Origin: Phallusia mammillata
Lineage: Eukaryota
Assembly (NCBI GenBank): GCA_965637545.1
Contig: OZ281495.1
Span: 26,846,001 to 26,910,000, forward strand
Direction: 5' to 3'
Length of the DNA stretch: 64,000 nt
Part shown: in pieces, positions 1 through 11,889 of the stretch
Layout: every line of letters begins with the position of its first letter
Position numbering within the stretch: position 1 is the stretch's first letter
Notes under the pieces: generated by a model
What the model was told of the DNA's origin: nothing
Databases searched by the model: none
What the model saw: only the letters and a program-made list of their open reading frames with translations
Program-made: the position numbers and the translations under genes

Positions 1-202
1 GCAGACCAGCGATCACGGCACACTCATATATAAATCACAGTACGCCAGGCCCATTGAAGGCGCGCTTTAAAAGACTCCTGTCGTGGGTTCGAATCCCACC
101 GGCAGGCTAGATTTTTCTAGCCTACGCCTTGCCATATGGTGGTGAATGCTTGGTGACCGGCTGATTCGGTATAGCGCCTTCAATGGGCCTGGCGTACTGT
201 GA
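1..202. mobile_element. Two head-to-head fragments of a tRNA-derived SINE forming a 29-bp perfect inverted repeat
   Basis: 35-63 tcacagtacgccaggcccattgaaggcgc is the exact reverse complement of 174-202. A B-box-like gggttcgaatccc lies at 85-97. The same body sequence recurs at about 1700-1945, 2030-2131 and 18725-19285. Confidence 0.8.
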
Positions 203-398
203 GTAATGTAGAAACTTATTATTAATACAACAACAAAAAGCCAGGAAACGAAACTATTCTGCGACGCCCTTGGAAAGTTAAAGCGACGCACAGTTTGAGA
301 ACTACTGAGTTAAGGAATATGTGTTCAATGATACAAACATGGGCGCCTGCAGGTAAGTTTTGTGTCGCAGTTTCAAAACCTTTCGGACTCGGACTTAC

Positions 399-492
399 TT
401 CAAAGAAATCAAGCTTGCAATTAGGACACGCTTGTATCACTGGTATGGCTTCCTTTTGTAAGTCCATCGGTTCTTGCAATATACTCAGGTAC
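399..492 (-). CDS. Possible coding exon of an unidentified gene continuing left of the window (YLSILQEPMDLQKEAIPVIQACPNCKLDFFE)
   Basis: Open frame bounded by tag acceptor (493-495) and a strong gtaagt donor (393-398); the frame also extends to an ATG at 542. No recognisable family and a weak pyrimidine tract. Confidence 0.3.
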
Positions 493-645
493 CTACTGGG
501 TGACACATGGAAACCAATGGAAACATTTCTGCTCAACAGCATAAAAATATGAAAAAAACTTTTTTAACGAAACAAAACATGGACCAAAAGTTTGTTCTTA
601 TACCCTTGAAATGATGTGCGGATCAAATTCGGTGGATGCAACATA

Positions 646-3600
646 TCACATTACACTGGTAACAGCGGAGTTCATGGGGCGATTTTTTTCGGTTTTCCCC
701 GTCGCCCAATGGCGCATGGACTTGTACAGTCGACATACCGATTGTTGGAACTCCTTGTCTCGAAAACTCGTCACCAACACGTTAACTAAACTGTTAAAAA
801 ATGTGCAAAAATAGTGTTTATAAGTTACCATACCAAAAAAGTTATTTTTCCTACATCACCAAAAACCTATCATACCCTAAAGTTGAAACGCCAAACTATA
901 TTTAAATAAGTAACACCAGGTTACTCAAAAAAGAATGTTACAAAGAACCCAAAAATATATTTTTGTTTTGGGCACCCAAAGGATCGTTTTGCCGGTTCAT
1001 ACTTGCAAACGTTTTTGGGGAGAAAAAATGCGTGGTTTTGACTTGTTTGGGGATGTCGTCAAAACTGATACTTGCCTGTTTGAGCACACAAGGAGTGTAG
1101 CTGTCATTATTGGAAGTCCGACTTCTCCGCAAGTCAAAACATTACGAAATTCCATTGTCACAACAACGCAAAATGGCACTGCAAAAAACAGGACGAAATG
1201 TTATGTTCTATGTATAAACGATATCTAATGTGCGCTGCAGTTTAAAATTGGCCCACTTACATGTTGCTATCGTGAACCCGGTGTACATTAATCCAATTGT
1301 TTTGATGATGTCAACTTCGAGTTTGTACGATTTTTTGCTACTTTCCGCTCCACGCCTAAATAGACTGGCGGACTTACGCATTTTGTAGCGAAGAACCACT
1401 AAGGTTGTGAAAAACAAAGAGGTCTGCAAGATAAGTAAAAAGTGTTTAAATGATGTTAAATAAAATGTTTATCTCAGTCTGCAATTCGAACAGTGTTGTC
1501 AGGGTGGTGCCTTTGTTGCCAAATTGGGGTTTTTGACATCGAGGTCCTGGTTGCGCTTTTTGGGCGGAAAAGGTTTGGTTTTTAGATAATTTTGCATACA
1601 TTTTAGCTTGCACGCATCTTGCTGTCAGTACAGGTACAAAGTTCACGAATGACACCAAAACATTGTATAATTAAACTTCTTCAGAAAGATGAACATAAAT
1701 TCATAACTTGGATCAGTCCTGAAGCGTCTACTATGCAGACCAGCGCTCACGGCACACCGTAAAGTAGGAAGCATCACAGTACGCCAGGACCATTGAAGGC
1801 GCCAAACCGAATCGACCGGTCACCAAGCACTCACCACGGCAAGTCGTGGGCTAGAAAAATCTAGCCTGTAGTGGGATTCGTACCCACGTCAGGAGTCTCT
1901 CCGGTACTCGCCCTCTACCAACTGAGTTACGCAGGCTCAGTGGAGAATCCGTTGAAAGTTGAACCACAAGCACCGTTGCCTTCCTCGTATGCTGCACATG
2001 TCAGATTCGTATACAGTAGGGGATTTTTCTTCCATACGCCTTGACATATGGTGGTGAATGCTTGGTGACCGGCCGATCGGTTTGACGCCTTCAATGGGCC
2101 TGGCGTACTATGATTCTTAATTCCTACTTACCATTCCAGCATATGGAACAATGACGCAGGCCAAAGCAAGAAATATCGTTTCTCCGTGATTCATGGCATG
2201 TTGTACAGCTCTCAAGGCGGGCATGAAAATAAAACTTGACTGATAGTAGCTGAAGAGGATGTGTGAGTTGAAAAACACTTCAAAGTAAAAAGCGGGTAAT
2301 GTATTTTAGGCCCAACCTAAAACTTTAAAAACTGAGCAAAAAATAAGCCTAAATTAGATCTGAATGTTGTATTTACCGTATTGACCAGTTTATAAGAAGA
2401 ATCACGTCTACAGCATGCACAACCAAACAATCTATGATATTGGCACAGCCGAAACAAAGTTTTGGTAGGGACCAAAATAAGTTTAACGGTATACACTTTT
2501 GTGTTACAAAAGAAGTTGGAATTAATGCCTATATCAGTGATTCTCAACCTTTATCGCCAAATTACACTTCATTTCTCCTTAATAGGCTACGTAGTAGATG
2601 CTAAACCATACAAAAATCATTAAAAATTGAACATTTTATCAACTTCACAGGTTATATTCCCAGAGCTGAAGTGTCTACTAATTAACAAGCTATATGTAAA
2701 AAAGGAAATTCCTAATTGTTGATAGAATTGTGAATATGGCAACATCATTTAAATTTTAAAACACCAAGAACAAATTGACGTCACCCATATTCTTTATCCT
2801 TAATTACCTGCTGAAGTTGCTGAAGTCAAGGCGAAAAACCAAGCACTGCAAACCACGCCAATGATACATTTGTTTCCTACCGACCGGGTCCATAGTGGCC
2901 ACGTTATCGCCACCAAGCGGTAGCTGCTGATCACCATAAGATGGTACATAGAGTTAGTGTAGCTGACAATGAACAAAACGCCAAGGAACCGAGCCTTTGC
3001 AGTATCAGACACCTTCATACTAAAAATGTCAAGCTCATGAATTGTGGACCGAAGTGTAAAACACAGGTTTGGTATGAGGGTGGCGCAAATGCTGACCCCT
3101 AAAAATAAACAAGTTTATGCTTATTTTGGCAGGTTAAAACTTCATAACCCATTTTGTTAAAAGTGACCTTCCCTGTACCAAAAAAGAAGGTTCATGCCAT
3201 TCGACAAAAACTTTGTTCCTCTTATATTGTAAACAATGATTTGCCATTTAAATAAGCTAAAATAACTTTTCTAAATAACACATGAAACACTGCCTGTTAT
3301 ACTGTTACATCACTTTTTACAGCGTACTGTATTTCTGATTTATAAATATTTAATTTAAAAATCTTATACTTACCCATAAGCATGTCTGAGTACGAAAGGG
3401 AAAGACGTATTAGATCCAGTGAAGATCTTCTTCCTTTTCTTCCAAATAACACCGACCATTGAATTAATCCATTACCGAGGAATATAGCCAACGCAAGCAG
3501 GGAGGCTATTACAATATGCGCTATAGCAAAGGAATAATTGCAGGATTGGCATTTGTACAGGGGTATAGACTGACATGCATTTTGGGCCGAAAATTGGCAG

Positions 3601-3650
3601 AAGCCTGGCACTCCACAAAATCTGATTCCAAGAGACGCGTTTGACGCCAT
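646..3650 (-). CDS. Rhodopsin-like (class A) orphan GPCR, paralog A, about 383 aa, 7 coding exons
   Basis: Exons 3650-3374, 3098-2808, 2431-2377, 2249-2132, 1423-1261, 1178-1076, 790-646 join in frame (1152 nt). TM1 AIFLGN, TM2 LSYSD, TM3 end SSYRLVAITWPL, TM4 W, TM6 P, TM7 NSLVNVLV. The intron after 1076 has a GC donor. Confidence 0.85.
1700..1945 (-). mobile_element. Near full-length tRNA-derived SINE in a GPCR A intron
   Basis: tRNA-like head 1936-1864 with A box (taactcagttggtaga) and B box (gggtacgaatccc), followed directly by the non-tRNA body shared with the copies at 1-202, 2030-2131 and 18.7-19.3 kb. Confidence 0.8.
2030..2131 (+). mobile_element. SINE body fragment abutting the GPCR A exon 4 donor
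   Basis: gccttgacatatggtggtgaatgcttggtgaccgg...ttcaatgggcctggcgtact matches 125-200; it ends in cctacttac, which overlaps the minus-strand donor at 2126-2131. Confidence 0.75.
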
Positions 3651-6600
3651 TGCGAACCGAGCAGTTTGAATTACCAACCTAAAGTAAGTTACACTGAAAA
3701 GCAAGCGTAAAGATATTGTTAAAAACTTTATGAAACTTTACATTTTTTGAAAGGATTTTTCAACTAAGTTAACACACTTACAGTTGTCACAGGAAAATCT
3801 GCTATATACTCTACATCTATTTGTTTTTTAAGATAGTTGCTTGAAAACTTTTGTGTGCCGTTGATACGTACAGACGCTGACGTGTTTCTTGCCTGAAAAC
3901 CACTAGTTCTCACTCTGCTAATTTGCAGTAGGACTTAAACTAACTAATCTCAGTGATTAAACAACAAGGATGTCCTTGTTTAGACAGCAAAGTGTTTCTA
4001 CCGCCCGTGTATATTTTGATTACGAATAACGAATTAATCCGTTAACCAATGCATTTAAAAGGAGCTCGAATGTTTCGCAAAATTCCAATTCAGTTTTCCA
4101 AATTTGCAAAATAAGCGTGTGCTGTTTCTTTTAAAAAACAGAAGTATCAATATATTGTTTGTTAAAAAACAACTTCCAATGTTTGCCACCTTGTAAAACT
4201 CATGTGACAAAAATGCCTAACATTATACCTTTCGCAGCAGCTTGTAAAAAAATCAATTGAACTGTAACATGATTTTTTTGACAAACCTCAGATTACAGGT
4301 TAAGGTACAAATTCGATCATGTCAAGATTGACTACAATAAATAATGTCAAAGGAAACCGGCAATCCTGTTTGCATTCTCGAATTTTCTCTGTTTACTGCT
4401 GTCGTAAGCTATTACGTGCTCAATTTATTTAACTGAGAAAAGAATCGAGGGTTTTCCGACCAACGTCTAACACAAACTATTAACTGTCATGAAACTTCCC
4501 TACATGTTAACTTCGACTTCCATCTATTGATCAGTCGGTAACAGTACTGTATTGTACAGGAAGTCATATAATAGTGTTTAGCTGTTCTAACGAAATTATG
4601 TACACACCTAAAAGGGTTAAATTTCGGTTACTAAAGTTTATCGTAATTTGTTGGGTGGTCATCTTGTTGTAAGCTAATGGTTAGTTACGGCAATTTGATG
4701 ATTTAACTCAAAAACATTCGGGGTAAAAAATAGCAAAACGCATTAAGATGTAACAGCACCAATTATGTGTTGCGACGCGAAACGACTTAGGTGAGTATTT
4801 AGGTATCAAGTCATTTCGGCGTTTGCTCCAAATATGTTTTAGTCGTTTGCTCCAAATATGTTTTGCGAACAGATTGATTAGAATGAGCCTAAATGGCCGA
4901 CAGAAACTCCTTCTTAATCCAAATGGTTTTTTATTCATTTTACCCTTTTACCCGTACAGGCATTACCTTTCAAATCATTTAGATTGATTTTTCCCGTTTT
5001 TGCCAAAGTGGTAAAAACATAACTTGCTTCCATGGACCACAACAACACTTAAAGTTTACAACCGGTTTAATGTATTTGCAGTAGTTTCACCCGTAATTTT
5101 TTAACCTTGTAAACAGAAGTCATGCCCATATTTTAGAACTGCAACTCAATTAGGTGAAAATAAATGAGTAACATGATATTTTCATACTTTGTACGCCGCA
5201 TTTTCTCTTCACTTATGTCACGAATACTGGGTTTGTGTGGTTGGCTCGTCACTATGCTATGTCATTCATTTCCTTTTCGTAGTAAACATCATTACTTATT
5301 TGTTTTATCACTATTTTGCCAATACTTTATTACGTTATTTCAGCGCGTTGCACTAACATACACATCTTCACTTTTTTTCTTTAAGACGTTTTTGCAATCA
5401 AAATTTAGATAGCACGTGGCTTTTTGCCCTGAAGCCTTCTAACGAGAGGGCGGTGTATCTTTAACCTGGCGATCTTGTTAGGTTGGCGCATATATTGGTC
5501 AATTTAGTGCAAAACTTTGGTGTCAATTGGTTTCGTTTTTTATCAATTAACCAAATGCAACTTGCGTCGAATTTAATCGCGTTGTGAAAATTAGAAAAGC
5601 CAGGTTTGCTTATATGCCGATGTGTTTGTTGAGATTTGCACAGTGTGTTCATTGCTTTTTCCGGCTAACCGTTGAATTCAACGTTATAGCATCCTTTACC
5701 TTTGGCGCGAAAATAATAGCGCTACTAATTGGTGAACACCCCTGCACCCTGTTTCTCGTGGCTTTAAACTTGTGTGTGAAGCTGCCTAGTTTTACGAGCG
5801 GTAATAATTTAAATACTGTTTTTGAAGTTTAATATGTACTTTACAACATGAGAGCAACATAGGAAGTAAAAAAATACTTCTTGCATACGCATGTCAACAA
5901 AGATTTTTTAGTGGAATTACCGCATGACGCTAGCGTATAAAAGCAATCTTATGACGATTTAGTATCCAAAGCAAATGAGCATGGTCTTAACCACGGCCAA
6001 GTACTACTACATGAACGCATGGATGATATTCAACAACCAAACTAATTACCGCGTGCACTCTAATCCCTGGAAAGAACGAAGTGCTATTTTTGGCGCTTGC
6101 CAAGGGACTCTCTGACAGGAGTTTGGCAATTGACGTAGTGCGCAACGTAAAGTCCCGAGAGTTTGTCTCCGCAGCTAAGATAGCCATAGGTAGTGCGACC
6201 CATCTGCGGGTTTTTCAAATTTAAAAATTAAAAGGGAACTGGAGAGACGAGAGGTTGAAGATGCTCTTTAGTGGATTAGCCCAACCTCCAGCAATATGTG
6301 TCGTTTTTGGACGCTATATAGACTTCATGCGCTCATCAGACATCTACCTGTTTCGGGCCAATTGTAGCCATTGTATTAACTATAAAATAGCGTTAAAACT
6401 GGCTGGACCGTACAAACGTACAAGCAAAGAATTGATTCAGTTAGCCCCCTGCAATGTTACCCCAAATGGTAAGAAAGCTGAAGAATACTAGGTCAAATCA
6501 GCAGCACGTTGCACTAACGCCCAACATTCGGTAAAAATATTACCGGTTTGTAAACATTAAGGTGGACGAACGTCTAACATGTGCCCTGGTGGTGCTTCAG

Positions 6601-8259
6601 AAACTGTAATTCACAAGTGCGTGTGGGAAAGCTTTCTGTCTTGTCTGTCATCAGGTCCCACTCACAGATTTCTAATGCCGAAAGTGCTGAACTACATTTA
6701 AGCGGACAATGTAACTTCTGATTAAAGTCGGCTACGTCGCCGACAAGTTCTTGGTGTACGTGGCACTCAACATTGAAAAATATTGTAAACTTGGTTTAGA
6801 TATTCTTCACTGAAACAACTTCAACCTTTACCCTTTGTTACGAAAAACGATCCCTCTGGAACAAGAGTTGTACGTTGCTTCTGCTGAGTTTACAATTCAA
6901 CCTGAATAAAGCTGATGTGTGTTCAAATCGACAAGCTACCTGTACACATGAAGGTGTGTTTGGGATGTCTGGTAGCAAGGTGTTGCCAAATGAACGGGGG
7001 GAATTATGCCACTGCCCTTGGAAATGACACGTGCTAAATAACCGATAGATTACCCTTAAACCGTGTGATTTTATGTAGGTGATTAGTTTGGGCATAGTTT
7101 CAACCGGTTGTTTCACTCTTTGCGAACAACATGCTTGCAATGGATCAATATACCATATCCCTAATAAATCCAGGTTACGTTTAATTTCAAAGGAGTGGTT
7201 TAGCAAATCTTTTTTATTGATTTTTAACGTTAAACTAATGTTTAAGTGGTTAAATTGTAACTTTAAAAGTACAGCTAAGAAAAAAATCTTTTTATCACAC
7301 AAAAACAAACAATTGCCTAAGAGGGATGCAATAAAAAAGATTTAAAAAGAGGTTCTAAGGCCTTGCTTTCAGGCAAAACAAAAAAAGTCTTATGTGTTGA
7401 ATGCCCACCAATTTTTGGGGAGCAGCTTGAAATGTTTTCATACTAAACCGATCGTACATATCACGTGACGCTGAAACACGTGACAGCCTTTTATGTGGGA
7501 CAATACAATTTCCTCTGTAAATCCATCACGCATCTGTACAACAATACTGTACACGTGCCAGATTATGGGGTATAGCCATTTTCCACCGTAATCAATATAT
7601 ATATGAAGTGATGTAAGAGTTATTTTTTGGGGCTAGTCATGTCAATAAGTCAACAGTGCAATCAATATTTTCTGAGATACCACATTCACTACCGAGCTTG
7701 GAGTCTGACAGTTAATGAAGTAGGAAAAACATTGTTCACCTTCACGTTATGTCTGTCGTGTTTTTGTTATTTGTTTTTAGTTTATGTTCAAGCCAATTAG
7801 TAGTATAGGACACAGCTGATTTCAATTTTGTGTGAGACTTTTAGCATAAGATTTCGTTAACGAAATGACGAATACTAGTTATTTTCGTTTTGATCGCACT
7901 AGAGACGGTTCTCTTTGTGGAATGCCGGGTTTTTGCTCCAAGCAAGCTTACAACAGTTGTTTAACGACTCCGCTTTACGCTTGCAGTGAATGCAGGTAAG
8001 TGTTTGATAGTAATATGTGCTATTTAGCCATAGTGTATTTACTGCTTGCTTACAAAATAATGTACAGCTAAACCTTGCTTTTAAAAGTATGATAAACAAG
8101 TTGATGTTGTTAACTATAACTGCACGGCGAAATTTTCTTTTCAGCTCTCTATTTTGGTATGATTTTGACAACGTTTTTTATTATGGATCTGTCGTAATGT
8201 TTATTCACATGTACGAAATAAGATTTTTTGGGATTTATTACTACATAGCGATAAGCCAC

Positions 8260-11183
8260 ATGTCAAGTCCCTATCAGTTATTATTGTTGAAGCTGAGGAC
8301 CACAATGCACGACAAACCGCCTCTTCTTGTTTCGTTAAGCTTGCCTGGCGCCACGATTATTATTCTTGTGCTTGTTCTGATGGCAGTTGCCATACTCGTT
8401 GGTAACATGATGGTGATCGGTTCTGTATTTTTCAACGGAGATCAAGGCAGGACCAAGCTGGGATACGTGAAGGCTTCTCTAGCAATCGCTGATTTAATCA
8501 ACGGTATTTCTGCTTATCTATCCACGTTACATCAATTCTATTTCATTATTTATTTTATCAATTGAAACAGCATGCGTGGACCGCGTGGAAATGTTTACTT
8601 TGAGATGGATTTTTTTGTTAATACAGTGAAAATGTGTAAATCATATAAATGTGTAAATCATATATGAGTATATATAACAACCAGATTGTTTCATTTGATC
8701 CAGCTAATCGTAATACGGATACATTAATGTCAACAGGTGCTTACGTGTTATTGGTGATCATACCTAATATAATCTGGACCCTTCAAGTGACTTCATCCGA
8801 ACTGGACATAGCACAAAAGCAGCTAGAAAATTCAGCAACGGCGATAGCTGGCTCTCTCTTTTTTGCACTCACTTTTGTTGCCTCGATTGACCACCTTAAC
8901 TTCCTCGCCGTACAGCGCTGGACCGCCATCAAGTGGCCGTTCAGATATAGGACAACTGGAAGTAGGCCCACTTTTGTCGGGATCGCTTTTATTTGGTTTG
9001 GTGCAATAGCAACGAGCTTGATACCAGGTAATTTTGTTTTGTACAAAAACAAGGCATTGGCCCAGTGAGCTACCTTGCGGCACCCCCGTTTGTGAAATTT
9101 TGATTTTGTTTAGAATAGTTCATTACCCGATGACACCATGGTTTGTGACATGTTGACCATTTTGACCCCATTTTGTATCATGACATTTAATTGGGAATCC
9201 CCTTGTTTAGAGGCATTGCAGTGATAGCCAGTCTTTTACTTACAGTGATAGATTGGAAACGTTACGTATCCAGCTACTGCCAAACCGTTTTCCTGTACGT
9301 GTATCAGATTCAAGTGGAAATCGAGAGGGTTGTGTTGGTGGAAATTTCTATCATGGTTATTTTTGTCATCGTTCCCTTTTTATCAATGGTGAGAGTACAA
9401 AATTATAATATCCGAAACTTTATTAAATGTCAGGCAAGTTTTATTTGTCCTGTTTCTTTTAAATTAAGGTGAACTTCGAAACTCGTTCTTTTAGAGCAGT
9501 GGTTCTCAAACTTTTTCATTATTTTTTCAAAATGATCCCTTCGCCATTATTTTGAGGGCTCGCGGTCCATAAGCCTAAATGTGTATTTCAGAAAAACGAA
9601 AGTTGATTGCAGGATTTTAGCTAGTTATGCAAAATTGCGCATAACAAAGATCCAAAGACAGCATGTGACATCATAGACAAGACATAAAAAAACATTACGA
9701 TTGTGCGCGAACAATTACATTTTTGATAATTGTCATGCGATAAAGGCTATTGTTTAGCAATGGATACAGTCGATTCTCAATTCTACTTTGATTTAAACTT
9801 ATTTGGTGGCACAAACTGACCCCAAATAAGATTATAGAATTACTACCTTATCGCGGCCCACCCAAAACTGCCTCACGGACCCCAAAAGGACCGCGGACCC
9901 CAGTTTGAGAACCGCTGTTTTAGAGTCTGTAGTCTGTCTCACTGCTTTCGGCTAAAACACAGTTTAGTCGACCTGTGGGCTTTTTATGCTGCTGATAACA
10001 GTGCAACAATATGCGAAAATTGTGTTCAGACCTTCTTCACTGTATGGACGGGTTGCCTCGTTTGCGCCAGCACGCGGAAATCAGAGAATCTTCAAAACGA
10101 TCATACTCGTCCTTCAAAAACAGAGATTTCAATTTGCAAAAGTTTGGCATTAATGGAGATCGGATTCACATTAACCATAAGTATAAAATGTTGGGAAAAA
10201 ACGTAAACGTCGTACTGTCTGAAGTGATTTCCCTTATGCATGTTTTTACATAAATTACCCAAAGTTAATGGTATCCTGTACAATATGTAACAATTCAACT
10301 GTGAACCAATACCCGACTAACTAATATGAAATATTGTATGAAACCACATCGCTTGCCTTGGTTAGCTAAATACAACTTTGATGATAAAGGATCTGAATAA
10401 AAAATCTTTCGCTATAGAGATAACCAAAATCAGGGAGACCAAAAACGTTTTTTAAAAGTCGCTAAGGGAACTATAGAGTTGTAAGCGGGTCTGAAATTTG
10501 GTCTGGACCCGGGTTGAATACAAAATTACAAGCCTAATACCCGACCTTAACCCGAAAGAATGTTTAAATAAAAGCATAACTAGATTCGATGTTTGGATTC
10601 ACTATGGTGAAATTGCTACACAAATGTGGTCTAGTGTAAAGTCAGTCACGAATAAAGCCCGTTTTAGGTAAACTTGTTTCTAAACCTAAACCTGAAAAGC
10701 TCTACTCGACTTACAATTTCAAAGAGACATAACAAACACTTCATTACAAATTTTTCACCGAATATTGTTTGATTAGTTCCAGGAGTTGTGGCGATACTGC
10801 TTTTTTACACCGGAATAACATCATGCGACGTCAACAGTTATGTGTCATTGATCCTTATGCCATTGGCATCGTTAAACAGGCAAGTGCTTTTATTTCACTA
10901 TAGCAGGTCTGTTCTAAAAACACGAGAATTTAAACAGGGAGCCTACATGAGATGTACCTGTTTGCTGTGGTAAATGCAACTTCTGACCTTTCAGGAAATA
11001 TATAGCAAATTACTCTTTGAATAACCAGGCAGTGTTTAATTTATTAATTTTTAAGACTTGTTTATTTTGCTTTGCAGCCTCGTCAATGTAGTAGTTTACA
11101 GTTTTCGGGACAAAAACTTTCAAGCTGTGTCACGGAATCTTTGGCAAAAGCTTTGTCACAATTCTCCTTCCTCGGGTCGTTAA
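8260..11183 (+). CDS. Rhodopsin-like (class A) orphan GPCR, paralog B, 6 coding exons
   Basis: Exons 8260 (or 8305)-8503, 8737-9027, 9222 (or 9246)-9388, 10030-10180, 10777-10879, 11078-11183 join in frame. Exons of 291 nt and 103 nt have the same length and phase as in paralog A. TM1 ILVGN, TM2 LAIAD, TM3 AVQRWTAIKWPF, TM7 NSLVNVVVYSFRDKNF. Confidence 0.85.
9497..9917. mobile_element. hAT-type MITE in a GPCR B intron
   Basis: TIRs cagtggttctcaaact / agtttgagaaccgctg; perfect 8-bp TSD ttttagag (9489-9496, 9918-9925). Confidence 0.9.
10475..10722. mobile_element. Degenerate MITE-like repeat (agagttgt... family with cccga subrepeats)
   Basis: Starts agagttgtaagcggg and ends cgacttacaatttc. 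Termini resemble the related copies at about 22905-23225 and 41085-41400. No TSD seen. Confidence 0.4.
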
Positions 11184-11889
11184 TCTTTCCAGCACAAAAC
11201 AGGTTCCGCCGAAACCAAAACAGCGAACTAAATTAAGTAAACGCTTTACGATCTGTTGTCATTTACAGCATATCATTCACCTCTCTCATTTTGATAAAGC
11301 AAACCAGCACTTACCTGAGCATTATTGCTTCTAGTAAATGTATTACTTGTATAAAATTGACTTAACTATGTTTTTCTAGCAACGCGTTTGCAAAAATATG
11401 TTTTTTTCTCGCAATGCATTACACTCTTTTACCATATTGTCTGACTCTAATTTGACTTGGTGTGGGTTGTTTATGTGTGGTGGTTGTAGCCTATTTGATA
11501 CAATTAGGACAAAATGTGAACTGAATAGTTCCCTTTGACAGAAAACATGGACAAAAACCGACAAAGAATGTTTTGGAACAGTTATATTTGCCAAAAAAAA
11601 CGATAAAGGTATGTTTTTTAAAAAGAATTTTAAAACTATATGGTGTTGCTTTAATTGTTTATAATGTACATAAAAGTCGAATAATACTACAGATAATATA
11701 ATGCTTTGCACCTTTTTCATATTATGTACGTTGCTCAACTTAAGACATATAGCTTACACTAAAAGCAACATTTCAACAGATCGGGAGAAAATCTTTGCAC
11801 TGTGTACAACTCTAAGAAATGAAATGAAACTTGGGATAACCGACTATTGCTATCATAAAATATGTATATAATACCAAAGACATCACTGT

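Noticed and set aside
1864-1936. tRNA gene on the minus strand
   Set aside because: The anticodon arm is irregular, there is no terminator, and it runs straight into a repeated SINE body, so it is a SINE head.
6838-7345. 156-aa and 88-aa overlapping ORFs between the GPCRs
   Set aside because: No recognisable motif, no consistent splice partners, and AT-rich low-complexity ends; probably chance ORFs or decayed repeat.
8017-8259. N-terminal extension of the 182-aa ORF of GPCR B
   Set aside because: It begins at a non-ATG codon in AT-rich sequence; homology to paralog A starts only after the ATGs at 8260/8305.
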